Shown here piece by piece: positions 7,826-18,666 of a stretch of 62,481 nucleotides of DNA (position 1 is the stretch's first letter; every line of letters starts with the position of its first letter). The notes beneath the pieces were generated by a model. It was not told where the DNA came from and did no database searches. It saw only the letters and a program-made list of their open reading frames with translations. This DNA is from a virus. Taxonomy: Duplodnaviria; Caudoviricetes. The position numbers were made by a program, and so were the translations under genes. The stretch is taken from the IMG/VR virus record IMGVR_UViG_3300020185_000051, positions 1 through 62,481 of that record; one strand, written 5' to 3'.

Positions 7826-10120
7826 TTAAATCGTGCAACTTTCACAATATTCGTCATCAAGCTCGCCTGCTGCAAGTTCGCCCTCTTTGACACTAAAGTC
7901 CATTTCACCTTGTCCATCAAATGTATTAAAGTAATACAATTGCTTGCCGCCATATTTGTAGAACATAAGCAAATGCTGTAGCATTACACTCATTGGAATT
8001 TTTTCATCTTCATAAAATTCTGGATTGTAACTTGTGTTTACACTAATTGCTTGGTCAATATATTTTTGCAATACTGCCATAATCTTTAAATAACCCTCAG
8101 GACTACGTTGATCCCATAATAGGTCATATTTGTTTTGTAAACGTCTGTATTCTGGTACAACTTGTTTTAGTACTCCATGCTTTGATTGTTTAATGCTAAC
8201 AAGACTGCGAGGAGGTTCAATGCCGTTAGTACTGTTGCTAATTTGTGCTGATGTTTCAGCAGGCATAAGTGCCATTAGTGTACTATTACGAATGCCCGTT
8301 TCTTTTAGTTGTTTACGTAACTCATCCCATGGCATGCGCTCAACATGCGGGATAAGTTCATCTAAATCTTTTTTATATGTTTGGTTAGGTGTAATACCTT
8401 GTCCATATTTTGTTTCGTTGATTCCTTCAATATTACCTTTGTCAATTGCTAAGTCTGCACTTGCTTTAATTAGATAATAACTCCAAGCTTCTGTCCATTC
8501 GTCAATCAACTCTAAGTTTGGATTTTGATAGTTTGTGTCATTTTTTGCTAGCCAATATGCAAAGTTAATAATACCAATGCCTAGTGGACGTCTTTTCATT
8601 GTACTAAGTTCCGCCGCTAATACTGGATATTTTTGATAATCTAATAGCTCATCTAATGCACGTACTGCTAAACGACATACTCGTTCAAAGTCGGTAGGTG
8701 TTTTAATATTGCCCCAATTAATTGCAGCTAATGTACATAGGCTAATTTCACCTTCTGGATCATTTAAGTCAGACAATGGTTTTGTTGGAAGTGTAATTTC
8801 TTGACATAAATTACTCATATGTATTGGTGCTAATGATTCATTAAAACTACTATGTGTATTAGCATGATCTACATTTTGCAAATATACACGGCCTGTATTT
8901 TTACGTTCTTCCATAAATGTACTAAACAATTCACTTGCTGGTATAACAATCTTACGAAGTTTTGTATTGCGTTCTGCGGTTTCATACAAACGTTTAAATT
9001 CGTCTTGATCGTTAAAAAATGCTTCATATAATCCAGGTACATCTGCTGGTGAGAACAAAGTAATATCTCCGCCTGTTACTAGTCGTTCATACATTAGTTT
9101 GTTAAATTGTACACTATAATCCAAATGGCGCACACGATTATCTTCTGTGCCTTTGTTGTTTTTCAATACAAGCATATCTTGCACTTCCAAATGCCAAATT
9201 GGATAATGTAATGTTGCTGCTCCGCCACGTACACCGCCTTGGCTACATGACTTAACTGCACTTTGAAACATCTTGTAAAAAGGGATAACACCTGTGTGGC
9301 TTGCGTCACCTTTTCTAATAGGACTTCCAATAGCACGAATACTTCCTGCGCCAATACCAATACCAGCTTTTTGGCTTACATACTTAACAATACTACTTGA
9401 TGTTGCATTAATACTATCTAAACTATCTCCTGTTTCAATAAGTACACAACTACTAAATTGGCGTTGTGGTGTACGTACGCCTGCCATAATAGGAGTTGGT
9501 AAACTCAAATCAAATGTACTAACTGAATCGTACATATCTTTAACATACTTTATACGTGTATCAGCTGGATAGTCTTGGAATAATGTTGCTGCCATCATCA
9601 TATATGCAATTTGTGGAGTTTCATATATTCTACCTGTTACACGATTTTGCACTAGATATTTGCCACGGAATTGTTCCATACCAACATAAGCAATATTCTC
9701 ATCACGATCGTGTTTAATTAAGCTTTGTAACTTTTCAATTTCTTCAGTAGAATATTTCTCAAAAAACTGAGGATCATAATAACCTAGATCTACATTCTCA
9801 CGGGCTATGTTAGCAAGATGAAAAGGCTCAAATTGTCCATATACTTCTTTTCTTAGATGGTAGTTTATTAACCTTCCAGCTACCCATTGGTAGTTTGGAG
9901 TATCGCCACTGATTAAATCAGCAGCAGCTTTAATTAGTGTTTCTTGAATTTCGTCTGAAGTAATACCATTATAAAACTGAATGTGACTTCTAATTTCAAC
10001 TTCACTTGCACTTACTCCGGTTATTCCTTCACATGCATAAAATACAACATTATGCATTTTTTCCAAGTCTAAAGGCTCTCTCGAGCCATCCCGTTTGAGG
10101 ACAGTGATTTCTTTTGTCAT
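7826..10120 (-). CDS. nrdA: Ribonucleotide reductase class Ia alpha subunit
   Basis: N-terminal ATP cone, PTPIMAGVRT, QFSSC, SNLCQEI, KQLYY, C-terminal CESC. Confidence 0.97.
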   Translation of the reverse strand: MTKEITVLKRDGSREPLDLEKMHNVVFYACEGITGVSASEVEIRSHIQFYNGITSDEIQETLIKAAADLISGDTPNYQWVAGRLINYHLRKEVYGQFEPFHLANIARENVDLGYYDPQFFEKYSTEEIEKLQSLIKHDRDENIAYVGMEQFRGKYLVQNRVTGRIYETPQIAYMMMAATLFQDYPADTRIKYVKDMYDSVSTFDLSLPTPIMAGVRTPQRQFSSCVLIETGDSLDSINATSSSIVKYVSQKAGIGIGAGSIRAIGSPIRKGDASHTGVIPFYKMFQSAVKSCSQGGVRGGAATLHYPIWHLEVQDMLVLKNNKGTEDNRVRHLDYSVQFNKLMYERLVTGGDITLFSPADVPGLYEAFFNDQDEFKRLYETAERNTKLRKIVIPASELFSTFMEERKNTGRVYLQNVDHANTHSSFNESLAPIHMSNLCQEITLPTKPLSDLNDPEGEISLCTLAAINWGNIKTPTDFERVCRLAVRALDELLDYQKYPVLAAELSTMKRRPLGIGIINFAYWLAKNDTNYQNPNLELIDEWTEAWSYYLIKASADLAIDKGNIEGINETKYGQGITPNQTYKKDLDELIPHVERMPWDELRKQLKETGIRNSTLMALMPAETSAQISNSTNGIEPPRSLVSIKQSKHGVLKQVVPEYRRLQNKYDLLWDQRSPEGYLKIMAVLQKYIDQAISVNTSYNPEFYEDEKIPMSVMLQHLLMFYKYGGKQLYYFNTFDGQGEMDFSVKEGELAAGELDDEYCESCTI

Positions 10121-10197
10121 TCTTGTATACCTTATCTCTTGTGATTTCGTAGTGCGTTTTGCTGGTCGAGTATTTACTAGATCAACTTTTGATTAAA

Positions 10198-10629
10198 CTA
10201 AAGTGTTAACTCACTACTTTCCCAACTATGTAGGATTGTGCTATTTCTTATCTTTTTTTCATTTTCTACTTTACCATAAGTATAGTTTAAAATGTACAAA
10301 TCGTCAACTAAAATTATCATTTTCAGCAAACTTTTTTTTGTGTCTTGAATTGTGTAAATTGTGCATGGCCAATCTATCAATTGCAACGTATATGCCATTC
10401 CAAGAGCAATTGCATTTTCATCAAAGTTATTGTTGTTTATTAAGTCCCATGGTCCAGGCCAATCTTTGCTGTCATATGGATCAATTACCCGTGTACTCAA
10501 TGGTGCATTTTTCCACCAATCTACAATTAATTGTAGTACTTGATCGTCATCGTCTATATCATTTAATGACTTTCTGAAGCCTCGCCAATCACGCAAAAGT
10601 TCACGTGGGGAATTCTGGAAATGGTTCAT
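10198..10629 (-). CDS. Conserved hypothetical phage protein
   Basis: 143 aa, coupled to the subtilase stop; W-rich DPYDSKDWPGPWDLI motif. Confidence 0.7.
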   Translation of the reverse strand: MNHFQNSPRELLRDWRGFRKSLNDIDDDDQVLQLIVDWWKNAPLSTRVIDPYDSKDWPGPWDLINNNNFDENAIALGMAYTLQLIDWPCTIYTIQDTKKSLLKMIILVDDLYILNYTYGKVENEKKIRNSTILHSWESSELTL

Positions 10630-13373
10630 TATTTTCTTCTTTTAATTATTGCACGGGGGTATACTGCACCTGATTTAGGTCGACCCATATGCGGTTTTGG
10701 ATACGCTGGTTTATCTTTTGGTTTTTCAAGGTTTGGATACATCAATGTTTTATTAACAGACCCAGTTATATTTTTTTCAATGTTTCCATCAATAGGTTCA
10801 TCATAAACTCCATCATTTGATACCATTATAGATTGTAGTAGACGTATTGCTTGCTTTTGCGACATATCTGGATACTTCTCTAACATACATGCCAAAATAC
10901 CACATACCTGTGGACTTGCCATACTTGTGCCACTTATCTTACGATATTTAAAACCATCACGTACTGGAGTATCATCTCTATCGTTATCATTTGGCCATGC
11001 ACTTTGTACGTAACTACCTGCTGCCCATACATCTATATTACTACCCCAATTACTAAATCCACTTCTTCTATTTAATGTTGAGGTTTGTAGATCTACATCC
11101 AAAGATCCTACAGTAATTGCTCTGGTGTCACTATTGCCACCTGCACTATGCGGAGAACCTGCTCGATTGTAATATGTATATGATGTCGCACTACTGTTAA
11201 GATATGCATTATCGTAATCGATATCGCCAGGATTAAAGATTCCAGCATTACTATTTCCTGCGGCGGCGACAAATAAAATTCCGTCATTCATTAAATCTAC
11301 ACAATCAGCATCATATGCAGAGTTTTTAAAGGAGTATCCGCTAAGATTAAATTGAAAATTATGAATTTCTTCTTCACTAAATCCACCATCCTGATAATCC
11401 AAAGGATTATTTCCATATGCCACGTCTATACGTCCTGGTTCATTTTCATAAAAAGTACATTGCCAGTCAAGATGTTCTGTTGGTCGATAGATCATGCTAA
11501 ACAATGTTTGCCATCCTCTATAGTGTACTACAAATGTTCTGTTAGGTGCTACACCCAAAGTTTTAGTTTTACAGTCAGATCCATATCGATTGGCGCCAGA
11601 AAGAAAACTTGAACCGGTGTTTATTAATGATGCGCTTCCCAATAGTAGTTTTGGAACACCTGGAGTATCTGGAGTGCCGCCATAGCCAGTTGAAAGACCA
11701 AACGTCATAAAGCTGTATGAAGATACCCCAATTGTAGTATAATCTTGTCCTAAGTAACTTATTGGCCACGGAGTATCTATTGTTGCTTTTTTTGGACCGG
11801 AATATGCATTACCAACAAACAAGTTTGATGCATCTGTGAAATCTAGTAGTGGAGTGTGTGTTATTTCTTCAACAGTTGCAGTAGCAGAGGTTGGACTAAC
11901 AGTATGGGCTGTAGGCTCGTCATATGTTAAATCATTAATCTCATTTTCATTTAATACTTGTGTTCCATACGCATGTGTTCTAAATTTCCAATCTACTTCG
12001 TACTCGGCTATATCTCCATTACGTAAATCAACTTCAACCAGATAACGTACTGGTATATCGCCACTTGCACTCATTTGACCAAACCTAGTAAGTCCTCTTA
12101 GGTCAACTGAAATTTGTCCATCGACAAATGGAAACGTAGTTACAATTTGGCCATTATTATTAATTATACGTCTAATAGTAATACTACTAACACTTGCAGT
12201 ATCATCAACAGAATCATAATTAACAATTTTAGCACGTAACGTACTATAAGATTTTAAATCGCATGGGGTGTTAATTGTAATTTCTTTATTACTATTACTA
12301 GGGTCATCTAAAGTAAAACTTGCACCAAAGTTAATTGATTTTTCAAATTCCGGAGGTACTGAAACTAATCTATCAACTGTTGACGTAGTAGGCGTTGCAT
12401 CAGATGTTATATATTTAAAAGTGCTATTGATTGGATTTGATCCTGTTGGAAGACCAACAAGTGTTTCGTCTGCTGTAGAGGCACCATAATATCCATCGTA
12501 CACTGTAAAAAGATCTGACGGAAGATAATTCTGTCCTCGAAAATTGATACTTGAAATGCTTTTAGGATTCATACCAAACATCCAACCAACAGAAGCACCC
12601 CAACTTGCATTAACAATTGTAGGATTTTTCCTACCTGTTTCTGGATTAACTGGTTTATTTCTGTGGAATAATCTAATATAGTCAAATGCAAGGTCTATAG
12701 AAACAGTTGCAGATGCATTATTACCACCAAATCGCATTGGTAAAAAATATATATTGGCGTCTGTAGCCCATCCTTCATTTCTACCAGCAACGGTTCCTGC
12801 TACGTGAATATTATGATAGTTGTCAACTGTTGGATGGTATATAACATCATCAAATTTGGTGATATCACCTAATTCTCGTGCGTGTTGGAACCAGTTATAA
12901 TCAATTACTCTAGTGTTTCCGTTCTCATCAAGAAATTCTGGGTGGTTTGGTTCCCATCCCATATCATCCATAATAACAACATCAACATTTTTACCAGTAT
13001 ATGGTAATTCTGGCAAAGTAATAATATCTGACGTTGCTGGTACTGGTTGATCTTGATGTATATGTTGAAATCTTCCCCAATTGTTGTCCAACGGTTGTTG
13101 GAATCGATATCTTCTATATTTTCCCAATAATTCAATTGGAAAATCCTTATCATATATTTCTACATCTTCTACACGATCGTCCTGTTTTACTAGGTCTGCT
13201 TCCTGAGGTGTTAAACTGTAAATTGTTACACGGCTGATTGGTTTACGCATATCAACTTCAACTTGTCTATCTGGAATAGTAATACTACCTCCAGGAGTTT
13301 CCATGTCATCGTAAAAAGTATCTGAGTCTTTAAAATCTTTCAGGATAACGGCATATAATTGTTGCATTGCCAT
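10629..13373 (-). CDS. Subtilisin-like (S8) serine protease with large internal insertion
   Basis: VDVVIMDD (Asp), HNIHVAGTVAG (His), AAAGNS (oxyanion Asn), GTSMASP (Ser). Confidence 0.9.
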   Translation of the reverse strand: MAMQQLYAVILKDFKDSDTFYDDMETPGGSITIPDRQVEVDMRKPISRVTIYSLTPQEADLVKQDDRVEDVEIYDKDFPIELLGKYRRYRFQQPLDNNWGRFQHIHQDQPVPATSDIITLPELPYTGKNVDVVIMDDMGWEPNHPEFLDENGNTRVIDYNWFQHARELGDITKFDDVIYHPTVDNYHNIHVAGTVAGRNEGWATDANIYFLPMRFGGNNASATVSIDLAFDYIRLFHRNKPVNPETGRKNPTIVNASWGASVGWMFGMNPKSISSINFRGQNYLPSDLFTVYDGYYGASTADETLVGLPTGSNPINSTFKYITSDATPTTSTVDRLVSVPPEFEKSINFGASFTLDDPSNSNKEITINTPCDLKSYSTLRAKIVNYDSVDDTASVSSITIRRIINNNGQIVTTFPFVDGQISVDLRGLTRFGQMSASGDIPVRYLVEVDLRNGDIAEYEVDWKFRTHAYGTQVLNENEINDLTYDEPTAHTVSPTSATATVEEITHTPLLDFTDASNLFVGNAYSGPKKATIDTPWPISYLGQDYTTIGVSSYSFMTFGLSTGYGGTPDTPGVPKLLLGSASLINTGSSFLSGANRYGSDCKTKTLGVAPNRTFVVHYRGWQTLFSMIYRPTEHLDWQCTFYENEPGRIDVAYGNNPLDYQDGGFSEEEIHNFQFNLSGYSFKNSAYDADCVDLMNDGILFVAAAGNSNAGIFNPGDIDYDNAYLNSSATSYTYYNRAGSPHSAGGNSDTRAITVGSLDVDLQTSTLNRRSGFSNWGSNIDVWAAGSYVQSAWPNDNDRDDTPVRDGFKYRKISGTSMASPQVCGILACMLEKYPDMSQKQAIRLLQSIMVSNDGVYDEPIDGNIEKNITGSVNKTLMYPNLEKPKDKPAYPKPHMGRPKSGAVYPRAIIKRRK

Positions 13374-14524
13374 TATTCCATTTTCAGTATAGCTAAAGAT
13401 GCTTCAACTGCGGTTGTACTTCCTGACTTATTAGTAATTGCAAGATATACTGTATCATTACCAGCATCATTCCAACAAATACTTGCTGGAGTAAATTTTA
13501 CAGTAGTAGCTGATGTAGTAATTACTTCAGCATGTACTCCTGCATCTGATTCTGGGTCCATACCTTCCAATCTTGATGAGTCTGCGTTACGTGCTGTATC
13601 ACTACTGTATACTCTAACCCATGCCGCGGCATCAGTTGTAATTGAGAAAATACTATATGTTTTTGCTGCACTTGGAATATCTAGGTTGTAAGTAGCGCCA
13701 TCAGCAATTGAACCTGTCGTGCCAGATATTGCAATACGACTGTTTCCAGTGCCGCCGCCTGCGCCTCCTACACCATAACCAATTGATCCGCCGCCGCCAA
13801 GTAGTCCCGCCACTGTTTGTAAAGATGATGTTGGATTTGCTGGATCTGCAACTGCAAAACTTTGTTCAATCCATGTCATTTGTACTGGATTTACATCTGC
13901 ACATGTGTAACTTACTACAAATACGCCGTTAGTAACTGTGCCGCCAAAAATATGATCTAATCTGCTAGCTTCTGGTGACGTTGTACCATAATCATCGTCA
14001 AGCATAACATCGCCATTGTCATCAACACTAATGCGCATCGTACCACTTCTACGTGATGTTGCATCTGTTAGTGTATATGTAATTTGTGTAAATCCAAAAC
14101 GTGTTGTATCAATAGCGATTTCGTTAAGTGATACGTCTGTTGCAGATGGGGTTAGTTCAACTGTGCTTGGATTTTGTGGGGTTGCTTCTGGAGGGGCTAC
14201 TAGGGGTATTTCTGAATTAAACTTAACTACAATAACTGCTTGATCTGCTGGTGCAGTTGCAAAATTAATTACAAAATCGTCTACTGTATAATTAGTTGTT
14301 AATACATCGTCAATTGTAACTCTATATGCATTAGTTGACACATCATCTAAGTCAATGCCTGTGTTAAATTCTGTTGTATTGTTATCGCCTATAAAATTAA
14401 GCGGTTCATTACCAATAAACAAACGTTTTACGTCTGTAGCGTAACCTAATTCGCCTGTTGTAAGTGCTGGTAGGTTTTGTATTAGTCCCTGCCTCACCTT
14501 AATTGATGCATTAATATCTGCCAT
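13373..14524 (-). CDS. Virion structural/fibre-associated protein
   Basis: N-terminal IKVRQG...LTTGELGYATDVKRLFIG fibre-attachment motif; Gly-rich linker; late promoter upstream. Confidence 0.65.
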   Translation of the reverse strand: MADINASIKVRQGLIQNLPALTTGELGYATDVKRLFIGNEPLNFIGDNNTTEFNTGIDLDDVSTNAYRVTIDDVLTTNYTVDDFVINFATAPADQAVIVVKFNSEIPLVAPPEATPQNPSTVELTPSATDVSLNEIAIDTTRFGFTQITYTLTDATSRRSGTMRISVDDNGDVMLDDDYGTTSPEASRLDHIFGGTVTNGVFVVSYTCADVNPVQMTWIEQSFAVADPANPTSSLQTVAGLLGGGGSIGYGVGGAGGGTGNSRIAISGTTGSIADGATYNLDIPSAAKTYSIFSITTDAAAWVRVYSSDTARNADSSRLEGMDPESDAGVHAEVITTSATTVKFTPASICWNDAGNDTVYLAITNKSGSTTAVEASLAILKME

Positions 14525-14556
14525 GATAGTTTACCCCGTGTGTTTTCTATATACTG

Positions 14557-14564
14557 TATTTATA
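14557..14564 (-). promoter_or_regulatory. T4-type late promoter TATAAATA (representative)
   Basis: nnTAAATA recurs before structural genes at 17853, 19171, 19815, 22576, 26694, 26725(+), 38295, 41429, 43105, 47110, 49610, 50433, 51790(+), 57296, 59785, 60261. Confidence 0.75.
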
Positions 14565-15252
14565 CGTTAACGCCATAAAATTGAGCAACTTTTGCTGCCC
14601 ATCCATCAGACCATTGTTTAAACTCAGCTTCTTGTACTTCAAATAATTGAAATTCTACATCACCACTACACATAAAAATAGCAATATTTTCAATCTTAGT
14701 CTCATATAATTCGTTATGTGCTAGTGCATATGCAGCACCTTGCATAAAGTAATCGTCAATCCATTCTCGCTTTTTAGGTTTATTAGTTTGCTTAAAGTCC
14801 ATAATGGTTGGCTTACCTTTGTACACTCCAACTAAATCTGTTGTTCCTGCATAAAGCTCAGGCATACAAAGCATAACTTCAGTACCCCAAATTTCATCAA
14901 TAGTAGGCTCAATATTTTTAATTACTTCGGCTGCCATTGCTTTGGCTTGTTGATGCACAATGTTATTACCAGGATTATATTCTTCATATTGCCCCAATGC
15001 CCAATGCTCTAATATATTGTGCATAACTGTTCCACGATTTGCGGCAGTTGTTGTAATACGTTGTGCTTCTTCTGTGCCAACACGTTTACGCCAGTTTTGT
15101 AAAACTTTACGTTTTTCTTCACTTTGAGTGGCGCCTAGGATTGTTGTGACACTTGGCACTGGTTCGCCCCAAGGGTTTTGATATAGACGTTTACCGTCTA
15201 CTTCTGTACGTTTTAATTCTTTATACGGGAATGGAGATTTTATGTTCAGCAT
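14560..15252 (-). CDS. PD-(D/E)XK exonuclease
   Basis: PSVTTIL, RGTVMH, E...YAGTTD...IMDFKQT, Q..AY motifs. Confidence 0.88.
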   Translation of the reverse strand: MLNIKSPFPYKELKRTEVDGKRLYQNPWGEPVPSVTTILGATQSEEKRKVLQNWRKRVGTEEAQRITTTAANRGTVMHNILEHWALGQYEEYNPGNNIVHQQAKAMAAEVIKNIEPTIDEIWGTEVMLCMPELYAGTTDLVGVYKGKPTIMDFKQTNKPKKREWIDDYFMQGAAYALAHNELYETKIENIAIFMCSGDVEFQLFEVQEAEFKQWSDGWAAKVAQFYGVNV

Positions 15253-15258
15253 ATATAA

Positions 15259-15287
15259 ATTATACTATATTTAAGATAGTATGTCAA
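15259..15287 (-). promoter_or_regulatory. Sigma70-type promoter, leaderless geometry
   Basis: TTGACA-N17-TATAAT-N6-ATG. Confidence 0.8.
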
Positions 15288-16032
15288 CAACTTTAGCTAA
15301 AATATAGTTGTCAAAAATCCATTTATTTGCCTTGGGGCTCCAATGGTCATCATCAATAGAAACGATTAAATCGTTATCAAGTAATAACTGATTTCTTTCT
15401 TTACGGGTGAGTGGGTTTCCTTCAAAGACGGATTTTTGTAGAGTCTGATATACCCCAAACTCGTTCATAAGTTCGATGTATGCATATGTAATCTTATTCT
15501 CATCATTACGTTTGTTTGGATCTGCTAGCAAGTTTAATTTTATTATGTGTTTAAAATCATACAGGACATCTACGTTATTCCACCATTTTTCATTATACAC
15601 CTGATATCTATTAGACGTAGCTGTATTCCTTAGTGTTTCTAATATTGTGTTCTCTAAATAGCTTGTAACTCCTGGAGGCTTTTTATCGCCGTAAAACTTT
15701 AATTTATCAGAATGTATAGAGTACCAATAAGTGTCGCTAAGACCAAGTGTTTTATAATTATCAGATACTTCTTCCTGAAGATCAAATAAATCATCACCAA
15801 AAACTGATAAAATTCGGTGATTGAATGTTTCATTGGTTAATACAACATCAACATCTTTCATTTTTGCATCAAGCATAGCTAAACGATAATAATCATATCC
15901 TCGACCGCCTAGTGAATAATTAATGTATTGGTGTTGTGGAAAGTATTGTGATAACAGATAGGTCCAACTATTTTTTTGCTGGCCTGGTTGATGATATGCT
16001 GAGTAGCTATCTCCAATGATTGCTATTTTCAT
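15271..16032 (-). CDS. SGNH/GDSL hydrolase-like protein
   Basis: IAIIGDSYS, NYSLGGRG, DDDHWS. Confidence 0.7.
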   Translation of the reverse strand: MKIAIIGDSYSAYHQPGQQKNSWTYLLSQYFPQHQYINYSLGGRGYDYYRLAMLDAKMKDVDVVLTNETFNHRILSVFGDDLFDLQEEVSDNYKTLGLSDTYWYSIHSDKLKFYGDKKPPGVTSYLENTILETLRNTATSNRYQVYNEKWWNNVDVLYDFKHIIKLNLLADPNKRNDENKITYAYIELMNEFGVYQTLQKSVFEGNPLTRKERNQLLLDNDLIVSIDDDHWSPKANKWIFDNYILAKVVDILS

Positions 16033-16055
16033 AGTACATTCCTGTATTCGTATTG

Positions 16056-16673
16056 CTACCAGTAAATATACCAGTTAAATGTTCTAGATGTAGATGTGTT
16101 TGTAGTGCGTTCAATCTTGAATCCAAGGTTAATAAAGTATTGCATTACACTATCCATTTGGTTTTGTTTAGCACGGTCTACTGTAGTGCCAATATATACA
16201 TTCCAATAATCAGCACTTGCTGGTGCTGGTGCTGATGTAACACCAGCTGTTAGTCCAAGAGATGTGTTTGCAGTACCTGCGCCAATTTCATAATTCCATG
16301 TTGCAGGATCTGTTTCTATTGTCAAAACTAAATGACCCGATGAATCTTTAGAGGCTGTTACACTTGAAATACCTGCATCATTAATGTCTGCAATTACTGC
16401 ATTTAGTGATGTGCCTGTTGTACCAAGAGTTACTGTTGTTCCTTGAATTATAATTGTTTCACCAACATTAATTGTTGGCGTTGCTACTGTTCCTGCAACT
16501 GTTGCTGATGGAGTAGTAGTAGTCATTTCAGTTTTATTAGCAATAGTAATTTCATAAGCACCTGTTGCACTTACTGTAATTATTTCTTTCATGATTGCTG
16601 TACACTCATTAAAAATAATTAGATCTTGGTGGCTTTTTGCTCGTGCCTGTGATGCATTTAATCCCATACTCAT
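16056..16673 (-). CDS. Putative virion structural protein
   Basis: Thr/Gly-rich; VIADINDAGISSVTAS repeat-like module; lies in a late operon. Confidence 0.6.
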   Translation of the reverse strand: MSMGLNASQARAKSHQDLIIFNECTAIMKEIITVSATGAYEITIANKTEMTTTTPSATVAGTVATPTINVGETIIIQGTTVTLGTTGTSLNAVIADINDAGISSVTASKDSSGHLVLTIETDPATWNYEIGAGTANTSLGLTAGVTSAPAPASADYWNVYIGTTVDRAKQNQMDSVMQYFINLGFKIERTTNTSTSRTFNWYIYW

Positions 16674-17023
16674 TTGCTTAACTCTTTTTTCACTTGTTTT
16701 TGTGCCATTTTACTGACAACTTTATTGTCCTTTTCAGGATCTGGCTTATCGTAATCACTGTGACTTTGGTCACTATCTGAATTAAAAAATACAACTTTAT
16801 CTTTGATGTTCCTAACAATAGCGAGTTTATCGAGAAGATCAAATAGTGATCCATCGTCAATATCATATCCTTCAGAAGATAGTTCGGACATAATTGCATT
16901 AAAGCTAATACTGTCGATTCCTTCCCCACTCATTGTTGTTAAAATATCAATAACAGACTGTGTAGGGTCTCCTGGTTGCTCATTTAAACTAATTTGGGCT
17001 GATATGATGTCGTGTATACGCAT
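16670..17023 (-). CDS. Putative head-associated protein
   Basis: Starts MRIHDI; has an LNE site; overlaps downstream gene. Confidence 0.6.
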   Translation of the reverse strand: MRIHDIISAQISLNEQPGDPTQSVIDILTTMSGEGIDSISFNAIMSELSSEGYDIDDGSLFDLLDKLAIVRNIKDKVVFFNSDSDQSHSDYDKPDPEKDNKVVSKMAQKQVKKELSK

Positions 17024-17025
17024 TT

Positions 17026-17820
17026 TTAGTCTTTTAACTTACCAAATGCTGCTGCTACGATATCCTTGTTAACTTTGCCTTCACGTTGTGCTTCTTTAAT
17101 CATACGCACTGCTGCTAGGTATTTGTCTTCTTTCATTTCACGACCTGTATCATCAAAAGAATCATCTGCGGCATCTGCGCCTTCAAAATCATCAGTTGCT
17201 GGAACTTCGTCACCCATTTCTACGTCTACGTCCATATCTGGCATTTCGTCACCCATTGGTGCGTCCATGTCTGGAGTTGTATCCATATCTGTTACTGGTT
17301 GACCTTGTGCTGTTAACACTGCGTTACTTACTTGGTCGTTTGCAGTTTTTACTGCTTCAAGAGCTGTACCAATTGCTGCTTCTGCTGATGCATTAAATGC
17401 TTCTGCTTCTGCTGTTCCAACTTCTTCTTTCATTGCATTAGTGATTGACATAAGGTCTTCCACTTGCATACTTGCTAAATTTTCCGCCATCTTTTGTAGA
17501 TCGTCGGCCATTTGTTTAGCTGCTAATAATACTTCGGCCTGGTCTAGGTCCGCTGATTCAGTAATGTTTTTCACTGGTTCATCCTTGGCTGTGCTAATTG
17601 CTATATTTAAACCTTCTTTAATAAGAATTAGTTTTTGATAGTCTTTGTTTGATTGGTCAATACCACTGTCACGCATCTGTTGGATACGTGTATCAGTTGA
17701 TTCTGACATTAATATTAATTTGTTTTTTGACGCTTTAAAATTTACGTTCACATCAAACACCTCTGATAGTGTTTTTTGTAGCTTCGCAAATGCGTTTTCT
17801 TGCAGATCACTTAAAATCAT
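17026..17820 (-). CDS. Acidic helical protein, putative prohead core/scaffold
   Basis: Coiled-coil and acidic segments, LQE/ITE sites, late promoter at 17853. Confidence 0.55.
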   Translation of the reverse strand: MILSDLQENAFAKLQKTLSEVFDVNVNFKASKNKLILMSESTDTRIQQMRDSGIDQSNKDYQKLILIKEGLNIAISTAKDEPVKNITESADLDQAEVLLAAKQMADDLQKMAENLASMQVEDLMSITNAMKEEVGTAEAEAFNASAEAAIGTALEAVKTANDQVSNAVLTAQGQPVTDMDTTPDMDAPMGDEMPDMDVDVEMGDEVPATDDFEGADAADDSFDDTGREMKEDKYLAAVRMIKEAQREGKVNKDIVAAAFGKLKD

Positions 17821-17872
17821 AGAATTTTCCTCGCTAGTTTCTGTTATAATAGTATTTATGCAAGAACGGTTT

Positions 17873-18457
17873 TTATAGTAACTTTTTAATTTGAGCTTTT
17901 ATATTTTTCATTTTATCTACGGCAACGCTGTGCTTTGCCATGTAAACATCTTGTTTCATACTTTCAGTAATTACTTTAGAACGTTTTTTATATCCAGCTG
18001 CTTCATCAAATTGATTTGAATATTGGCTATCCAAAGCTAAAATGCGAGTTAATCCTGGTCCTGCAGATTTATTAGATAACATTAATTTAATTATTGCCAT
18101 TGTACTTTCGAATAATGCCAGGTCTTTATATAATGGTTCGTCATTTTCGCAAATAGTATAATATGTTTTTTTATACCCATATACACTTTGTTTATCCAAT
18201 GTTACATTAATACCGCCAACAGTAAAACTTTTTTCATCAACAGAACTAACACTTTCATTAACAACGGTTTCTACATTTTCTGTGCTTGCTGTTGCTGATT
18301 GTAATTTTTCTAGAATACTATACATTTCCTTAGCATCTGTACTAACACTGTTAGGTACTGGTGTGCCGTCTGCTGATACTCTTGGTTCTGGATTGTTTTG
18401 TGCATTGCTAAGTTTATCTAGGATATCTTGCATAGCTCTTGTTTCTGGTGTTGACAT
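17873..18457 (-). CDS. Putative head-associated protein
   Basis: 194-aa ORF in late operon; VNES and ITES sites. Confidence 0.6.
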   Translation of the reverse strand: MSTPETRAMQDILDKLSNAQNNPEPRVSADGTPVPNSVSTDAKEMYSILEKLQSATASTENVETVVNESVSSVDEKSFTVGGINVTLDKQSVYGYKKTYYTICENDEPLYKDLALFESTMAIIKLMLSNKSAGPGLTRILALDSQYSNQFDEAAGYKKRSKVITESMKQDVYMAKHSVAVDKMKNIKAQIKKLL

Positions 18458-18666
18458 TATAAACTTCCCTTTATGCGACTGTAATATGTTTTATTTTCTT
18501 TAATTGATCTCTTTACTACACCTTTGCGTACTAGCTCTTGTGCAACGTATTGTTCTCTTTCACTAAGGTCATTTTTGCATTGTTCTTCACAAAGATTTTC
18601 CCATAGTTTAAACTCTCTATTACTTAAAAATACATTAATGCCGCCTGGAGTTTCAACAAGTTTCAT
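18457..18666 (-). CDS. Small hypothetical protein (winged-helix-like)
   Basis: 69 aa, coupled overlaps at both ends; LSEREQYVAQELVRKGVV. Confidence 0.6.
   Translation of the reverse strand: MKLVETPGGINVFLSNREFKLWENLCEEQCKNDLSEREQYVAQELVRKGVVKRSIKENKTYYSRIKGSL

Noticed and set aside
14560-15252. Cas4-like nuclease
   Set aside because: PD-(D/E)XK fold without the four-Cys Fe-S cluster pattern; ordinary phage exonuclease
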